From assembly GCF_963921235.1 (NCBI RefSeq), contig NC_086097.1, positions 59,026,001 through 59,090,000 of the forward strand: a stretch of DNA of 64,000 bases. The letters run 5' to 3'. Source of the stretch: Mobula hypostoma (taxonomy: Eukaryota). Below are positions 10,897 to 24,131 of this stretch, one piece after another; position 1 is the stretch's first letter; every line of letters starts with the position of its first letter. A program made the position numbers and the translations under genes. Under the pieces are notes generated by a model. The model saw only the letters and a list, made by a program, of their open reading frames with translations, ran no database searches and was not told the DNA's origin.

Positions 10897-12323
10897 CAGT
10901 GAATTCCAGTTAACTGGAACACATGCAGAACAATACACTTTGGCCTAATTAAGCAGCTGCTCCAATTAGCCGAAGTTTTGTGGAAATAATTGAAAAGATA
11001 AGAAAAAGGATAAACTACCACTTAACTGAGTAACAGATACGTACAAATATTAAATGAAATACAGAATAAATTAGAACAGTACCAAAACTACTGTGAGTGA
11101 GGTGAGGGCCTCTGTCAGTCAGAGTTAATCATGGATATTGTGTCCTAGCTGTCTAGATACACAAGCCTGGGCAGTACGATATGGACAGCAAGCTGTTGCC
11201 CATGTAGCAAGTTCACCCTGTCCATGCATCTGATGAACCCAAAGGAACGGCAGAGATCAATACAGTTTGGTACCAGCAGTGTCGCAGTAGTTGCCACTTA
11301 GCATTGAACTAATTGTAGGACTGACTTAGAGATTCTGGCTCCGCATTTTTCCCTCGGGATTTACTCCCAAAGCCTTCCCCATGAATGGGTATACTGCAAA
11401 GCAGCAGAGGTTTGAGATCAGAGCTTTCCTTCTAGATGAGCTGCCAACCATGGCTGGCGAGCCCCAGTGACTGGTATTAAGGTGCTATTGCCCCTTCTCC
11501 TGTCAGTAGAAATGGTTCTGCCGGGCTTCGTAGCTAAGCCACAAGTGAAGGCCAGGAGCTGGACTTGGTTGTCAGAGGCTATTTGAGGCGCACACCATTG
11601 GGAGCATTTAATAGGTTGTAGGGGCTGGTCCCTATTAACACCCCCTGGCTATAATAACCTTAAAACTACACCAGCAATATAAAACTGTGTAATAGTTCCT
11701 AACAGTTATTGATGGAAGAAACCATTCAATATTTACTGATGTGTTCTTTTGATTGACTGTAAATTAATAAAAAAAATAGCACAGTCACCCAGTGCAGAGA
11801 GCAGACTGCCTTCAAGACGTGCTTTTGACCATGCATCATCCAAATCTTCATTTTCATTGTAACATTTAAGATGATTGTCAATACCTTCAAGTTCTTCGCA
11901 GTTCCTAACTTGCTGAAATAGTGAAATCATTTCATTTTCGCTCTTGGCTGTTTCTGGCATTTCCAAGCCTGAATGCTTGAAACTGCAGTGTGCAAAGGAG
12001 TTCTGAATTGTCTTAAGGTTTATTACTTGGCAGCTATCAGTGACAAAAATCATTGCTTTTTGAACACAAGTACACAAGTTATGTTAATAAAATCCAGTTT
12101 GCTCTAAGCACAGTGTAGTATTTAATGGCCACATGATGTACATGTGACTGACTCTAGTTAGAAAATGTTCAGCAACAGCCTACTGCTCCGTTAACAGCAT
12201 AGTGCCCCAAATAAATGAAGGGAACCCCAGTTATTTTACTCAATTTGTTTTTGTTCTTTAAGAGTTGTCCTAAATAAGTAGTTGCCCTGATTAACCAATG
12301 GCCCAATTAACTGGAGTCCACTG
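10897..12323 (-). mobile_element. Tigger/pogo-like DNA transposon, internally deleted
   Basis: Terminal inverted repeats cagtgaattccagttaactgg (10897) and ccaattaactggagtccactg (ending 12323), with TA on the left side. ORF 11733..12077 has a pogo C-terminal-like AMIFVTDSCQVINLKTIQNSFAHCSF. Confidence 0.75.
11092..11661 (-). mobile_element. Bipartite non-autonomous RTE-derived element inserted in the Tigger
   Basis: 8-bp TSD aaaactac (11084-11091 and 11662-11669). Has an RTE 5'UTR-like motif (gaaggaaagctctgatctcaaacc on minus) and a short-repeat tail. Homologous to 29586-30189. Confidence 0.75.
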
Positions 12324-12769
12324 GGTTCTGTATTGAAAGAAGGCATTGATATACAGGCAATCACTTTTGCAACAATAATCATATCTGGCTATTTCTCTTT
12401 TTTTCTTTCTAATTTTGTACCTAATCTTCTCATTCAGAATGTGTTTGCAATTGGTTTGTGTGCTCTATCTTATCAGAATGAAATAAATCTGCTTGCCCAC
12501 AATGATTAATTGCAGATCTCCTGGAAGAGGATATGTAGTTTAAAGACCTCCTGCAGAGTGCACTGTTGTCAAAGTCATGGTTTCAATTCACTTCAGGTTT
12601 TCAGTCTGATTTTAACACAATACAAATACAAACAGGTCAATTCCCAGAATCAGATTGCCTTGCTTTTGCATACTAGATTCCCACAACTGCTTAAATAATG
12701 TACTGACTTGGTTTCATTCAAATATGCACGACTGCACAGGAACACATAAATTCACCATGCCTGAAATAG

Positions 12770-13260
12770 TAGAGGCACAAGGGACTGCGGAGGCTGCTGA
12801 CTAGAGCCACAAACCAATTACTGAACCATCTACTCCATTTCTATTTCCTGTACTTCTGCTCTTACACACCCCTCCCCTCATGCCGGAAACTACTCTACTC
12901 TCCTGACAGAACAGGTATAGAGTTGCCTTGGTCTTCCCTATATTTCCACCAAGGCTACCCATTTAGTGCATAATTTTTGGCAACTTCCACAAGCCACAAT
13001 GTAATACTACCACAAGCCACACCTTCTCGTTCTCAACCTTTTCTAATTTACAGCAGCAAACTACTCCCTCCCTTCCTTTTCTCTCTTCTCCTGATCTACC
13101 TGTCTCCCATCATCCCTGATCCTTTTCACCCTCTCTATCTGCCTATCATCCACTCACTGCTCCCACTCCTTCACCCCACTCCCATCTTCCCCCTCCATCT
13201 CCCTCACTTGATTCCATACCTCACCTTCCTCTCCTACCAGACTTCAATCCAGACTTCCTA
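12770..13260. mobile_element. Old Penelope-like element remnants
   Basis: aacaggtatagagttgccttggtcttc (NRYRVALVF) resembles the Penelope DRVPLVLTYHP motif. A pyrimidine-rich 3'UTR-like tract lies at 13060-13260 and an inverted terminal-like piece at about 12770-12830. Confidence 0.45.
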
Positions 13261-13660
13261 AGCAGCATCAATCATCGTGGACCCTCTTCATCCAGGCTAT
13301 GCTCTCTTCTCGCTATTAACTTCAGGCAGAAGGGACAGGAGCTTTACTTCCCACACTACCTGGTTCAGGAACAGATATTACCCTTCAACCATCAGGCTCC
13401 TGAACCAACGTGGATAACTTCACTCACCACAACGCTGCACTATATCCACAACCTAGAGACTCACATTCGAGGTCTCTATAACTCATGTTCTCAGTATTAT
13501 TCATTTACTTTCTTATTATTCGCATTGAATGTTTGACACTGTTTGTCATGTATAGTATTTTTCATAAATTGTATTGTATTTCTTTATTTGCCTTTAAATG
13601 CCTGCAAGAAAATGAAACTCGGGGTAGTTTGATAATAAATTTACTTTGAACTTTGAATTG
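13260..13660 (+). mobile_element. Rex1/Babar LINE 3' end
   Basis: LLxSGRRxRS-like coding end, 3'UTR and the aataaatttactttgaactttgaa tail. Confidence 0.75.
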
Positions 13661-14429
13661 CATTTGGTCATGGGGAAGGTGCAGACTCACATAAACAGCA
13701 CCAGTTAGGATTGTGGAGCATTGAGCGTTGAGACAGCAGTTCTACCAGTAGGAACATGCCATCCCTCCTCTGCACTTACTGAAACTCACCAAGAGAAATA
13801 ACCAGCTAAATTTTGCTTATGTTCATTTAGCTTTCTCTTAAATACAGACATCTTTGGGTCAGCCAGTTACATGGTCATGAATTCCTCATTATAATCACTC
13901 TCCGAATAACAAGATTTCTTGCACCTTCCCTTTTGGATTATTATCAATTATCTTTTATCATGCATTTCAGGTGAAAACATTTCTCTATGTTTACCCTTAT
14001 TCAGCTGCATTCATTTTAAAGGACTTTTATTCAAACAACCCTTAACATTAAATGACAGATTTATGATGGCTGTCTATCTTTCTCTTGATTTCTCTCCTCT
14101 CCAGTTGATGACATAGTAGAATAATTAGAAATTCAAAGATGTTTTTAAGCCATTTGCAACAGCTGTTCCTCATGTACTAAGTAAGAAAGGAAACCTATTG
14201 CATATTTGACTCTGCCTTTTTGTGTTTTAATGATCTCTTCCATGAAGTGAAACTAGAGGGAAATGATAATTATTTGTAGATAAGAACATTTTTTTTCTGA
14301 ATTAAGTGAGAAATTATTAACTTTTAGAAAATGTTTTAATTAGTCAACACCTCTGAACTCTCTGCATGTTTTTGAAGTCAAACTCCTAATTCAATAGAAT
14401 AGTCCATAAATATTATCAAACACTACAAG

Positions 14430-14650
14430 GAGTGCACTGCTCTATAGAAGTGAATAGTTGGGATGAGCTGCCAGAAGAAGTAGTCGAGGTGGGTACAACT
14501 GCAACATTTCAAGTGGCATTTGCATAAGGACGTGGAGGGAGGGACTTGGAGGGTTATAAACTGAAGGTAGGAAACTGGGATACTGTGGTCAGCATGGACC
14601 ACTTGGGCTGAAGGGTCTGCTTCTATGCTGTATTACTCTAAGACTCTATG
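14430..14650 (+). mobile_element. CR1 3' fragment
   Basis: gagctgccagaagaagtagtcgaggtgggtacaa...tatgctgtattactctaagactctatgact tail. Confidence 0.7.
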
Positions 14651-17405
14651 ACTAATTTATATCATCTGGTTCATTATGTTAGTTCTAGTGAATGTCTGTG
14701 TGCACCTTTCATACACTTGCTCTTATTTTCCATATTCAGATGAACAATGTTTTGCAAGAGCCAATATATTCAGCACCTAGATACATTTTCACTCTATTTT
14801 TCAAATCCGAATAGCAGAGTTTGTTGTAATTTTGAAAGCACCAACAAAAATCAACTAGTCAAATACATCTGCCAATACAGAACGAAAAGGTCTCTTAGCA
14901 GAAAAGTAAAAAGGTAGCTCACTCTGCACAGGATGCTCTTTTCTGAAGCCTCTCTGATATCACTGCTCAGTTCCTCCCTGCTAGGGTTCTCAAGTGAAGC
15001 TGGGAGGCACTTGCTTAGGGAGATCTCAATCAAAGACTCTTGATAACCAACTGACTGGGCATATGTTAAGGTGACTCAGGTTCCTTCATTTTCATATATT
15101 TTCAAGTTAATACTCTACATTTGTCTCCAATAATCAGTTGGGATTATTATTTGCAATAGTTTGCAGGAAACTAGTTGTGTCCTAATGTGGCAACACCAGA
15201 GATTTCTCCAGATAAAACCTAATAGGCCAATCTCCTATGTTTTTTTCAAATTGTTCCACATTGTTTTCATATTGAAGTACATTGGTGTTTAATCCAATGT
15301 TTCAGGAATGAACATACCCAATGTCTTTGTGACACATGCACTATTTGTGTGACAGATCATTTGGCAAACAAGTCTAACAACTGCTGCTTCCATTACAAAT
15401 GTTTACTTTAAAAAAATAAACTGCTTTGGGTCCAATAATGTCAACTATTAAACAAATGTTTAGGCATGCTATGGCAAATGAGCTGTTTCAAGGTTTGCAG
15501 CCATCCTTGTCCACTCATCCATTTTGTCAAACCTTTTGGAACTGAGAATCTATAACGATATTGTGAGTGAAGAAACGTTGTAACTCAGAATATGTTGGAT
15601 CCCAGTCTTCCCCTTTGGTTCCTGAAGTGCTATATTTAGAATGGAACTTCCATTTACCATAAATATGCTCTCTCTCAAAGAAAGAGACAGAACTCAGCAG
15701 AGGGAGGGGATCCTCACCTCAGGAGAACCACCCTCACTGACCTGGCAGAGGGCAATGAATCAGTGACAGGATAAAAAAAATAGTTTGCAGAAGCTCAGAT
15801 TCCTAATTTTATTCCAGAATTTCATTTTGAAGTTTTCAGCTGCTGTGAACTTCATTGAACTTTATCCTTCTTTTAGCCTCCAAATGGCAGACACCAAACA
15901 GATATTTTGTCGCTGGTACAAATGCATGTCACTAAGATTTAAGCCTTGTCCCAAATGCCACTGTTTTTTGCCGCCCAAATCTTGGCATTTACAGAATGTG
16001 TCCAATGATGTGTTAAATTCTCCTACAGCCAATATGAGAAAACAAAATCCTGACCAGCAATGAGCATTTCAGTTCTTATTATACCTCACAGCTTTTAAAA
16101 AGTCATTAGTTTCTTATCATAGCTTTTTCTATTCCCTCTCCTGAAGATGCTGACTCCTCGTGGTGAGGTAGGTGCCAGTCAGTTCCATACTTATTTAAGT
16201 GGACATGAATCTATTTGTGACCCTTGACATGGACAATCTCAAAAGCACAATGAAGACTGCACTGAGCACCTAGCAATTGAGGTTGCTGACTACGACCTGC
16301 AGCCAGATAACTTGATTGATTCCCCTATCTCCGATATGGACACAGAATGCAATTAAACTATTGCCTCAGCTGGAAGGATAAGGGGAGAAATGAAATTTCA
16401 CTTTCTCTTTATATTTTAGGTGCTCATGTAATTTACGTGGCTGACAGAGTTGAAAGTTGTGTTGGAATTAAGCTGCATGGAAGTTCTAATGGTATTTTAG
16501 GAGAGGACTGGGACAGGCTTTGGATTTGATTGGAATCCGCACTGACATTTGAAACAAAGTTCCACATATGTTCCATTTGTGGTGTTAGATTCACTTGAGT
16601 TTAAAACTCACTCTAGGATAAATTTAGAAATCTACACATAGCTGCATGCACACTGCTGAGTTTATAATAATGTCTGGCAAGAAAATACCTGACATTTTCT
16701 GAACCAAATCAACCTTGTCTGTCTGAACGAATTTGGAATTTAAACAGCATGATTTACTTCAGAAAATTAATCCAATGCACTTCTACTAAAGGTGGTGAGA
16801 AGCTGATTAATAGTTATTAATAAAATGTCGATGGCTGCCAGACTTGGTCAGTGGTGAGGTGAGGACAAAACATTGGAATACCATTATCCTCACCTAATGC
16901 AGAGACCTGTGCTGGAGTAGTCTTTTCTGAAGGTGGTACTCTAGGCATGTTACAGAGGAAGGTGAGCAGCTTAGATCTGCAGCAGCATGGAATCAGAATT
17001 TTACAGCATAACAATTTGGCCCCTCTGCCCATCAGGTCGGAAATGGGATTTTGGAAGGAGCTCTCAGTCCAGATTAGTCTAATGCCCCAGATCTTTTCCC
17101 AAAGCCTTGTGAATCCAATCCTTGCAAAACATTGAAAAGCAAAATACGGTGGGTGCTGGATGAGATTACTGGAAAAATAGAGCAGTTCAGGAAGCATTTT
17201 TGGCGAGGGGAAAAAAGAAAACAAATCAATATTTCAAATCAATGTCCTAGTATTGGAACATCAAATCCATTTGGCAAATACCTGTGATGGTTATTCCACT
17301 GCTCCCGCATGACAACTCTAACTGTGGAAACATACATGTTATTACTTCCACCCTTATTCTTAGATAGTTACTTATATTTTATAGATACTGTCCAAAGGGA
17401 AACAG

Positions 17406-18246
17406 TGTGGTGTGGGAGTTGCAAGGAATTAGGAATTTAAACCCTGACAGTGTTGGTTATGAAGGAATTAAAATACGGAAGGAAACATTAAACTCAAGTG
17501 AATCAATGACAGTGGAAGCAGATGAACCAATTGTCTCTGTTCTTGATATGTGACTGAAGGAATGGAGGCTGCTATTTTATGAAGCTGCTCTGTGACCTCC
17601 ATTTTGTGATCTTTCTTGTGAACGTTTTGTTTTCTCAAGAATAGCTGTATCAGAGTGCTTTAAAGTGAATGTAATGAAGTTCCTGAGAATCAGCTGAACT
17701 GGAGATCATTTCCAAATAAGAAGCTATTTGTGAGATGTTCTTTGGTAAGATAGATCATGCAGGTTTATGAATAGGGGTGTCCATGTCTGACCTGAGTAAC
17801 TCCAGCCTGACAGCTGGCTGGTCTGGTCTGATTCAGAACAATGGAGCATTCATTACAAGTTGTCACTTGCAAAAAGGGCAATAAACTGATGCTGGTTTGG
17901 ACCAGAGCCAATGGGAAACTGATGCTCATTAGCCAGATAAGCCAGAGTCAATGAGATTTAAATGCAACATTTGAACTGATGAGGAGTGTATAAAAGTGGG
18001 AGGTTTCAAATACAAAGCAATGAGATCATTGGAAGCTAACTATCGCAAGGAACACCCCTATTTTAGAGGCTGTGATAAGAAGAATCAATTGGCTGGCCAA
18101 TGGAAGATCCCCTATTTCAGTGTTATGAATTGTAGAAGTGGTCTGAGTGAGTATTGGTAGAGAGGGAATAATAGAATACATGTTTTAAGTTGTTGGGCTG
18201 GGGTCAACATATTTATGTGGTATTTGTGCAGAGACAATAAATTACA
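17406..18246 (+). mobile_element. Possible solo LTR
   Basis: TG start, CCAAT-like repeats at about 17900-17955, TATA-like gtataaaag at about 17987, AATAAA at 18236 and a CA end. No TSD found. Confidence 0.3.
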
Positions 18247-18579
18247 ACTTTTGATTAATTAGGAGTTGTGTAGTGAATAGCCTAACCTAGATCAGTTGAT
18301 AATAGTCAACAACACCAACCGGGTTTTTAGAAGGGCCAATGGTTGGCGAATGTGATTTGAGTGAGCGGTGCAGAGAATCAGCCAATGTCAAAGGACTGCG
18401 TAGCCTATTTATGCCTGTTTTAAAAACTCAATCACACATTCTCTTTCTCGTTTTCTCTTTCTTTACTCAGATCAGACTGCACAGAAAATATTTGAAAAGT
18501 CGGAAGATAAATATTAGTTAATGCTGGCAAACATTCATTTATTTTGCAATCATGCTGTAGCCCAGAATCTTCCACAAAG

Positions 18580-19310
18580 ACACTAAAGCTATTTGATATC
18601 TCGTTTTTACTTTGGAACATAGAAGAGATTCAAGATTATTTAATGCCATTTCCAGCACACAAGAGTAAAGAAAAACAAAATAATTGCTGCTCTGCATCCA
18701 ATGGAGCATATAAAAATCACACTAAGAAAAAGAACACAAGAATAAAAAACACAATAAATTTGAATGCATAAGAGAGTTTATAAACAGGTTGATTGTTATG
18801 TATGTAAAGTGATGCTAGGTACAGGAGTGTCTGTACATTAGGTGATTCTGACGGGAAATAATAAAGTTGTGGGGTGGGGAGTGTGCTGGGGAAGGTTATC
18901 GGGTGGTGTTGACCATCCTTGCAGTATGGGCAGGGTGGGTGGAATTCTGCATGATCTTGCGGTCCTTTTTCCTGCACCTTGTTGTATAAATATCCTCAAT
19001 GACAGGTTGCCTGGTGCCGGTGATACATCGGGCAGTTTTGACTAGCCATTGTGAAGCCTTCCTGTCTGCTGCAGTGCCTCTTCTACAGGATGCTCTCTAC
19101 TATGCATCTGTAGTAGGCAGCAAGAATTGATGTGTACAGTCTGGCACATCAGCCCCTCAGAAAGTAGAGTCATTGGTGAGCTTTCATGATTGTGTAGAAT
19201 GTGTTCTGGGACCATGAAAGACTGTGCAAGATGTGCACTCCCAGGAGTTTGAGACTGCTCGCAGTTCCCACTGTGTGTCACTGATGTAAAGAGGTGTGGT
19301 GTGACTTCTC
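18580..19310 (-). mobile_element. Rex1/L2-clade LINE 3' fragment
   Basis: Minus-strand RT C-terminal remnants (FYRCIVESIL-like tctacaggatgctctctactatgcatctgtag) and 3'UTR. Confidence 0.6.
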
Positions 19311-19319
19311 CTGAAGAAC

Positions 19320-20165
19320 AGTGCAGCACAGAAACAAGCCTTTCAGCCCATGATGTCTGTGCCCATCATGATGTCGTTAAACTAATCCTATCTGCCTGCG
19401 CGTGACCCATATCCCTCCAGTCCCTGCTTGTTCATGTGCCAGTCTAAATGCCTCTTAAACTAAACTATGGTGTATGCTTCCACAACTGTCACTGACAGCA
19501 GGTTCCAGGCACCCATCACTGTCTGTGTAATTTTAAAAAAACTTACGCTGCACATCTTTCCACCTTTCTTAAAGCTACACCCCCCAGTATTTGACAATTC
19601 AACTCTGGGAAATGAACTCTGAATCTTTATCCTATCATCATTTTATAGGCTTCTCTCAAGTCCTCTCTTAACCTCCAGGGAAAGCAATCAAAGTTTGTCC
19701 AACATCTCCTTATACAAATACTGTCCAATCCAGGCAGCATCTTTGTAAATCTCTTCAAAACTTCCATACCCTTGCTGTAATCGGGCAACTAGAATGCAAC
19801 ACAAAAGTGGCCTAACCAAATATGACTTTTAAGCATGCCATGAATCTTCTTTATCATTTTATCTACTTCTTCTGCCACTTACAGGGAGATAAGGACCTAT
19901 CGACCCCAAGATCCACTCGTCCATCAGTATTCTTAAGGGTCCTGCCATTTGTGTATGTTTTCCCTTACGTTTATCCTCCCAATATGCAACATCTTGCACT
20001 TGCTCAGACTAAACTCCATCTGCCATTTCTCTGTCCATCTCTGTAATTGATTCATATCCTGTTGTATCTTTGACAACCTTCTTCACTACCCACATCTCCA
20101 TCAATTGTTGGATCATGTGCAAACTTACTAATCAGCTCGTCTACATTTTCATCCAAGTCGTTTAT
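19320..20165 (-). mobile_element. CR1-clade LINE 3' fragment, degraded
   Basis: Same architecture as 9615-10560. Confidence 0.65.
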
Positions 20166-20369
20166 TAGTTTTTCAATAAGTTGTGTGCAGAAGTGATTAG
20201 AGTTTCTTCATTATCTCTACTTTTCTGAAAAATATGTTCCTCATACAGTTTTATTTGTATAGGGGTAGAGGAAGTGGGATGGGATTGACTTTCTTCAGAG
20301 TTACAGTACAATTGGTAACTCCATAGGAATAAAAGCATGACATGCACATGTGATTGAAAGCCCATGGTT

Positions 20370-21235
20370 TCAGTGACCCGGGCTTTATCCTGAACTCTGG
20401 TACTATCTGTGCAGAGTCTGCATGTTGTAACTACATGGTTTTCATTCAGAGCTCAGCTTTCTTTCCACATCCCAAAGATAGTTGGTTGATTTGCTATTAT
20501 AAATTGCCTCAGCACAGGTTGGTGGTAGGAGAATCAGAGTGGGCACATATGTGGCAGAAATGTTATTTATTTACTTAGAGATAGAGCACAGTAACAGGCG
20601 CTTGGGGCCCTCAGACTCATGTCACTCAATTACACCCAGATGACCGATTAACCCACTAACCCAAACAGCTTTGGATATGGTAGGAAACCAGCGCATTGGG
20701 GAGAAACCCACACAGTCACGGGGAGAAAATACAAACTCCTTACAGACAGTGGCAGAAATTGAAACCAGGTTCCTGGGGCTGTGGTAACGTTATGCTAACC
20801 ATGCTGCTGCTGATGGGAAAGGGACTGATGAGATTGCTCTATGAGTCTGCGGTCACTCATTGGGTTGGATGGCCTCCTTCTATGTTGTAAAAAAATATAA
20901 ACATGGAAAACAAGCAGTTCCAATAAAAATGTAGCTAACTTATTTATTTAGAGATACAGCACGGAGTAGGCCTTTGCAGCCCTACGAGCCATGCCACCCA
21001 GCAACCCCTGATTTAGCCCTAACCTAATCACAAGACAATTTTATAATGGCCAATTAACCTACTAAACAATATGTCTTTGGACTGTTAGAGGAAACCAGAG
21101 CACCCGGAGAAAACCTATGTAATCCATGTGGAGAACATACAATCTCTTTAGAGAAGACCTTGGATTGAACTCTGACCTTGGACACCCCAAGCTGTAATAG
21201 CTTTGCACTAACCGTACGCTACTGTGGCACCGCAC
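20370..21235. mobile_element. Cluster of three V-SINE-like elements (about 20370-20560 +, 20570-20810 -, 20940-21235 -)
   Basis: Repeated V-domain motifs (gggagaaacccacacagtcacggggagaaaatacaaactcc; gaggaaaccagagcacccggagaaaacc) and (ttat)n tails. Confidence 0.7.
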
Positions 21236-21473
21236 TTAAAATAGTACCTGATAATCAGGAGCAGGGGTAGACGACTTAGCCCATGAAATTTGCTCTGCCA
21301 TTCAGTAGGATCACAGATTTTTAACTTTAACGAGGGATCCCTAGTTCTAGGTTCTCCCACAAGAAGAAAAATCCTCATCAGATTCTGTCACAATCCCTCA
21401 GCGTCCGATATGTTTCAATCAAAGCTGCTTCTTCTATGCTCCGGCAGATAAAAACCCACCCATAGATTTATGC

Positions 21474-21517
21474 CTGGCTTGGCCTGCTGCGTTCACCAGC
21501 AACTTTGATGTGTGTTG
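21474..21517 (+). mobile_element. 44-bp Penelope pseudo-LTR end insertion
   Basis: 13-bp TSD catagatttatgc (21461-21473 and 21518-21530). The insert matches the 3' end of the 1402-1515 copy. Confidence 0.8.
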
Positions 21518-21712
21518 CATAGATTTATGCGTGCCACTTTTATAATACACCTTTAATATAACAAGAACTGACATCAAACATTGAGCCTCTGAAAATGATA
21601 TTAGGGCAAGTGAAATATGTAAATTGGCTAGGAGAGTGGCTTCAAGGATTATCTTAAAGAGAGAAAGGTAAAGTGACAAAATGGTGTAGGGAATGAATTC
21701 CGGAGTATAGAA

Positions 21713-23085
21713 CAGTGACTCCCAAACTGTTTTGGGTTACCACCGCTTGGCTCCCAGACCATATTCCCAGTGCCACCCTCTCCCTTTCCAGTGACTACAT
21801 AAAAACTGTAAAGAATTTTGATTTAAAATGCACAGTGAAAGAAAATAGGAACTGCAAATTCAAAATAGTGACAAATAATTGCAAAAATTATTCAAATCTA
21901 TTTAGACAATAGACAATAGGTGCAGGAGTAGGCCATTCAGCCCTTCGAGCCAGCACTGCCATTCACTGTGATCATGGCTGATCATCCACAATCAGTATCC
22001 AGTTCCTGCCTTATCCCCATAACCTTTGATTCTGCTATCCTTAAGAGCTCTATCCATCTCTTTCTTGAAAGCATCCAGAGACTTGGCCTCCACAGCCTTC
22101 TGGGGCAGAGCATTCCATATATCCACCACTCTCTGGGTGAAAATGTTTTTCCTCAGCTCCGTTCTAAATGGCCTACCCCTTATTCTTAAACTGTGGCCTC
22201 TGGTTCTGGACTCACCCATCAGCGGGAACATACTTCCTGCCTCCAGCGAGTCCAATCCCTTAATAATCTTACATGTTTCAATAAGATCCCCTCTCAGCCT
22301 TCTAAATTCCAGAGTATACAAGTCCAGTCGCTCCAATCTTTCGGCATATGACAGTCCACCATCCTGGGAATTACCTAGTGAACCTACGGTGCACTCCCTC
22401 AATAGCAAGAATGTCCTTCCTCAAACTTGGAGACCAAAACTGCACAAGGGTTTAAAGCTACAAATAAAATTATTTCTTTATTTAGTTACATTAAAAACAA
22501 TTTTCATCAACAACATTAATAGTCCAAATATTTATTACTACATTGCTTTTTCACCTTTCAATGAGATGGGTGGGCTTGGGCTTATCATCTTCTTAACATC
22601 AGGCTGAGCGTCACTCAGGAGGAGTCTCAGATCCCCACGTTCCATAATTTATAGACTATTTCATTGCCTTAAAAGAAGCTGGAAGACAGCACTGAATCTG
22701 CACTCCACTAATATGATGTTGGAAGGACAATAAAGAACATCTTGAAATTTGTTTACAGTGCAGTATAGTGCTCAGAGATTTCTTCCTACAAACAAAAGAG
22801 CTGTAATGTGATATTTTTGAACCCTGGCTTCAGCTGAGTGATTTTTGTAGCAAGATCAGTTCTTCCTCCTTTTATCCTGGTGATTTCTCATTACAAGTGT
22901 TCAGGAATGGCTTTATTACCAAATCTAGAATTTGGTTTGAGAGAAATTACTGAAATCTCTCTGATATCTCCTTATGCAGCTCACCTGGAAGGGGGGGGGG
23001 GGGGCACAGTACACTTGACGATCATCATCTGCTATTTTTTTCTTTCTCTTCCAACTGAAAGAGGCTTGGAAATTGGATTATCTTC
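21713..23085 (-). mobile_element. hAT Buster/Charlie-type transposon, 3' part, interrupted by a CR1
   Basis: Terminus cagtgactcccaaac with flank gtatagaa (nnnTAnnn). Minus-strand dimerisation-domain remnant FIVLPTSY..VECRFSAV...GDLRLLLSDAQPD. Confidence 0.7.
21903..22445 (-). mobile_element. Young CR1 3' fragment
   Basis: ORF 21992..22408 (GLSYAERLERLDLYTLEFRRLRGDLIE...RTRGHSLRI) and a (tctattg)n tail. Confidence 0.9.
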
Positions 23086-24131
23086 ACCAGAAATGGCTTA
23101 TCCAAACAAATTGTGAGTGGCAACAGACCACAATACACAACAGAAGAATTCTCACAGTTCATGAAGGAAAATAGCATCAGGTATTTCACGTCAGCTCCTC
23201 ACCACAAAAAGGGTTAGCTGAAAGGTTTATCCAAACCTTCAAGAAGTGATTAAAGTGATGGACAAGGAGGACATTTCTCTACAGCACAAAGTGGACAAAT
23301 TCCTTTTTGTGTATCAGAACTCTGTTCATGCAATGACAAATCAAACACCTCCAATGCATGAGCAGGAATCTGAGATCTCACATAGACATCCTGAAATCAC
23401 CTCTACGGAGAGATGTTCAGCCAGTTGCCAAGTGAAGCAGTAAGGAGCTTCGAGATTGGACAGGGAGTTTTAGCATGTGATTACTGAGAAGACAAGTGGA
23501 CACCCAATAGGAAAGCTACAAGAACTGGACCACTGATGTATTAAGTTAATGATGGAGACCAGACATGGAGACATCATGTGGACCAGATACTGGATGCTCA
23601 ACTGAAGAACACACCTGAGTTGATTGCATCCAACAAGACAGACACATTACATTCACTGGACTTACTTCTCAGTGATGATCATGCAACTGACAGCAACGTG
23701 ACACCGGCCACTGAGAATGTGGTCTTAGACAAGACACCTGCCAAGCCTGATGTCACTCCACCGGTCCAGAGGCGCTATCCTGAAAGAAACAGAGCACCTC
23801 CCTAAAAACTGAACCTTTAGAACTGTGAAGTTAGTTATGGACTGTTATTGTGAAAGCATGTTTGTTTGGAATATGGGTTTATGGAAGGGAAATTGAATGT
23901 TTTTTACAGATTGTTTTATGTTGGATTAATCTAAAGGCAGAGGGAGTGTAATGTATGGATCTATTTTCTTTAGAGCAATGGCCCCCCCACCCGCCTTTGC
24001 ACTACGTATTGATCTGCGCATGAACATTGTTCTCTATCTCATTTTGCAATGTGAATACACCAGTTAAAGCCATCTCCCCCGTGCGTGCTTTTGTTTAATT
24101 GATGTGTAGTATGCATGAAGAAAATACTATA
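23085..24131 (+). mobile_element. Gypsy fragment: integrase C-terminus, polypurine tract and 3' LTR (about 23947-24131)
   Basis: Remnant IVSGNRPQYTTEEFSQFMKENSIRYFTSAPHH..GLAERFIQTFKK, then RRYPERNRAPP. Purine tract aaaggcagagggag precedes tgtaatg. Confidence 0.75.

Noticed and set aside
12977..13261. Pro/Leu-rich ORF
   Set aside because: It is the translation of a low-complexity pyrimidine tract.
22026..22607. 193-aa plus-strand ORF and similar antisense ORFs across the window
   Set aside because: These are antisense shadows of CR1, Rex1 or HERO coding sequence.
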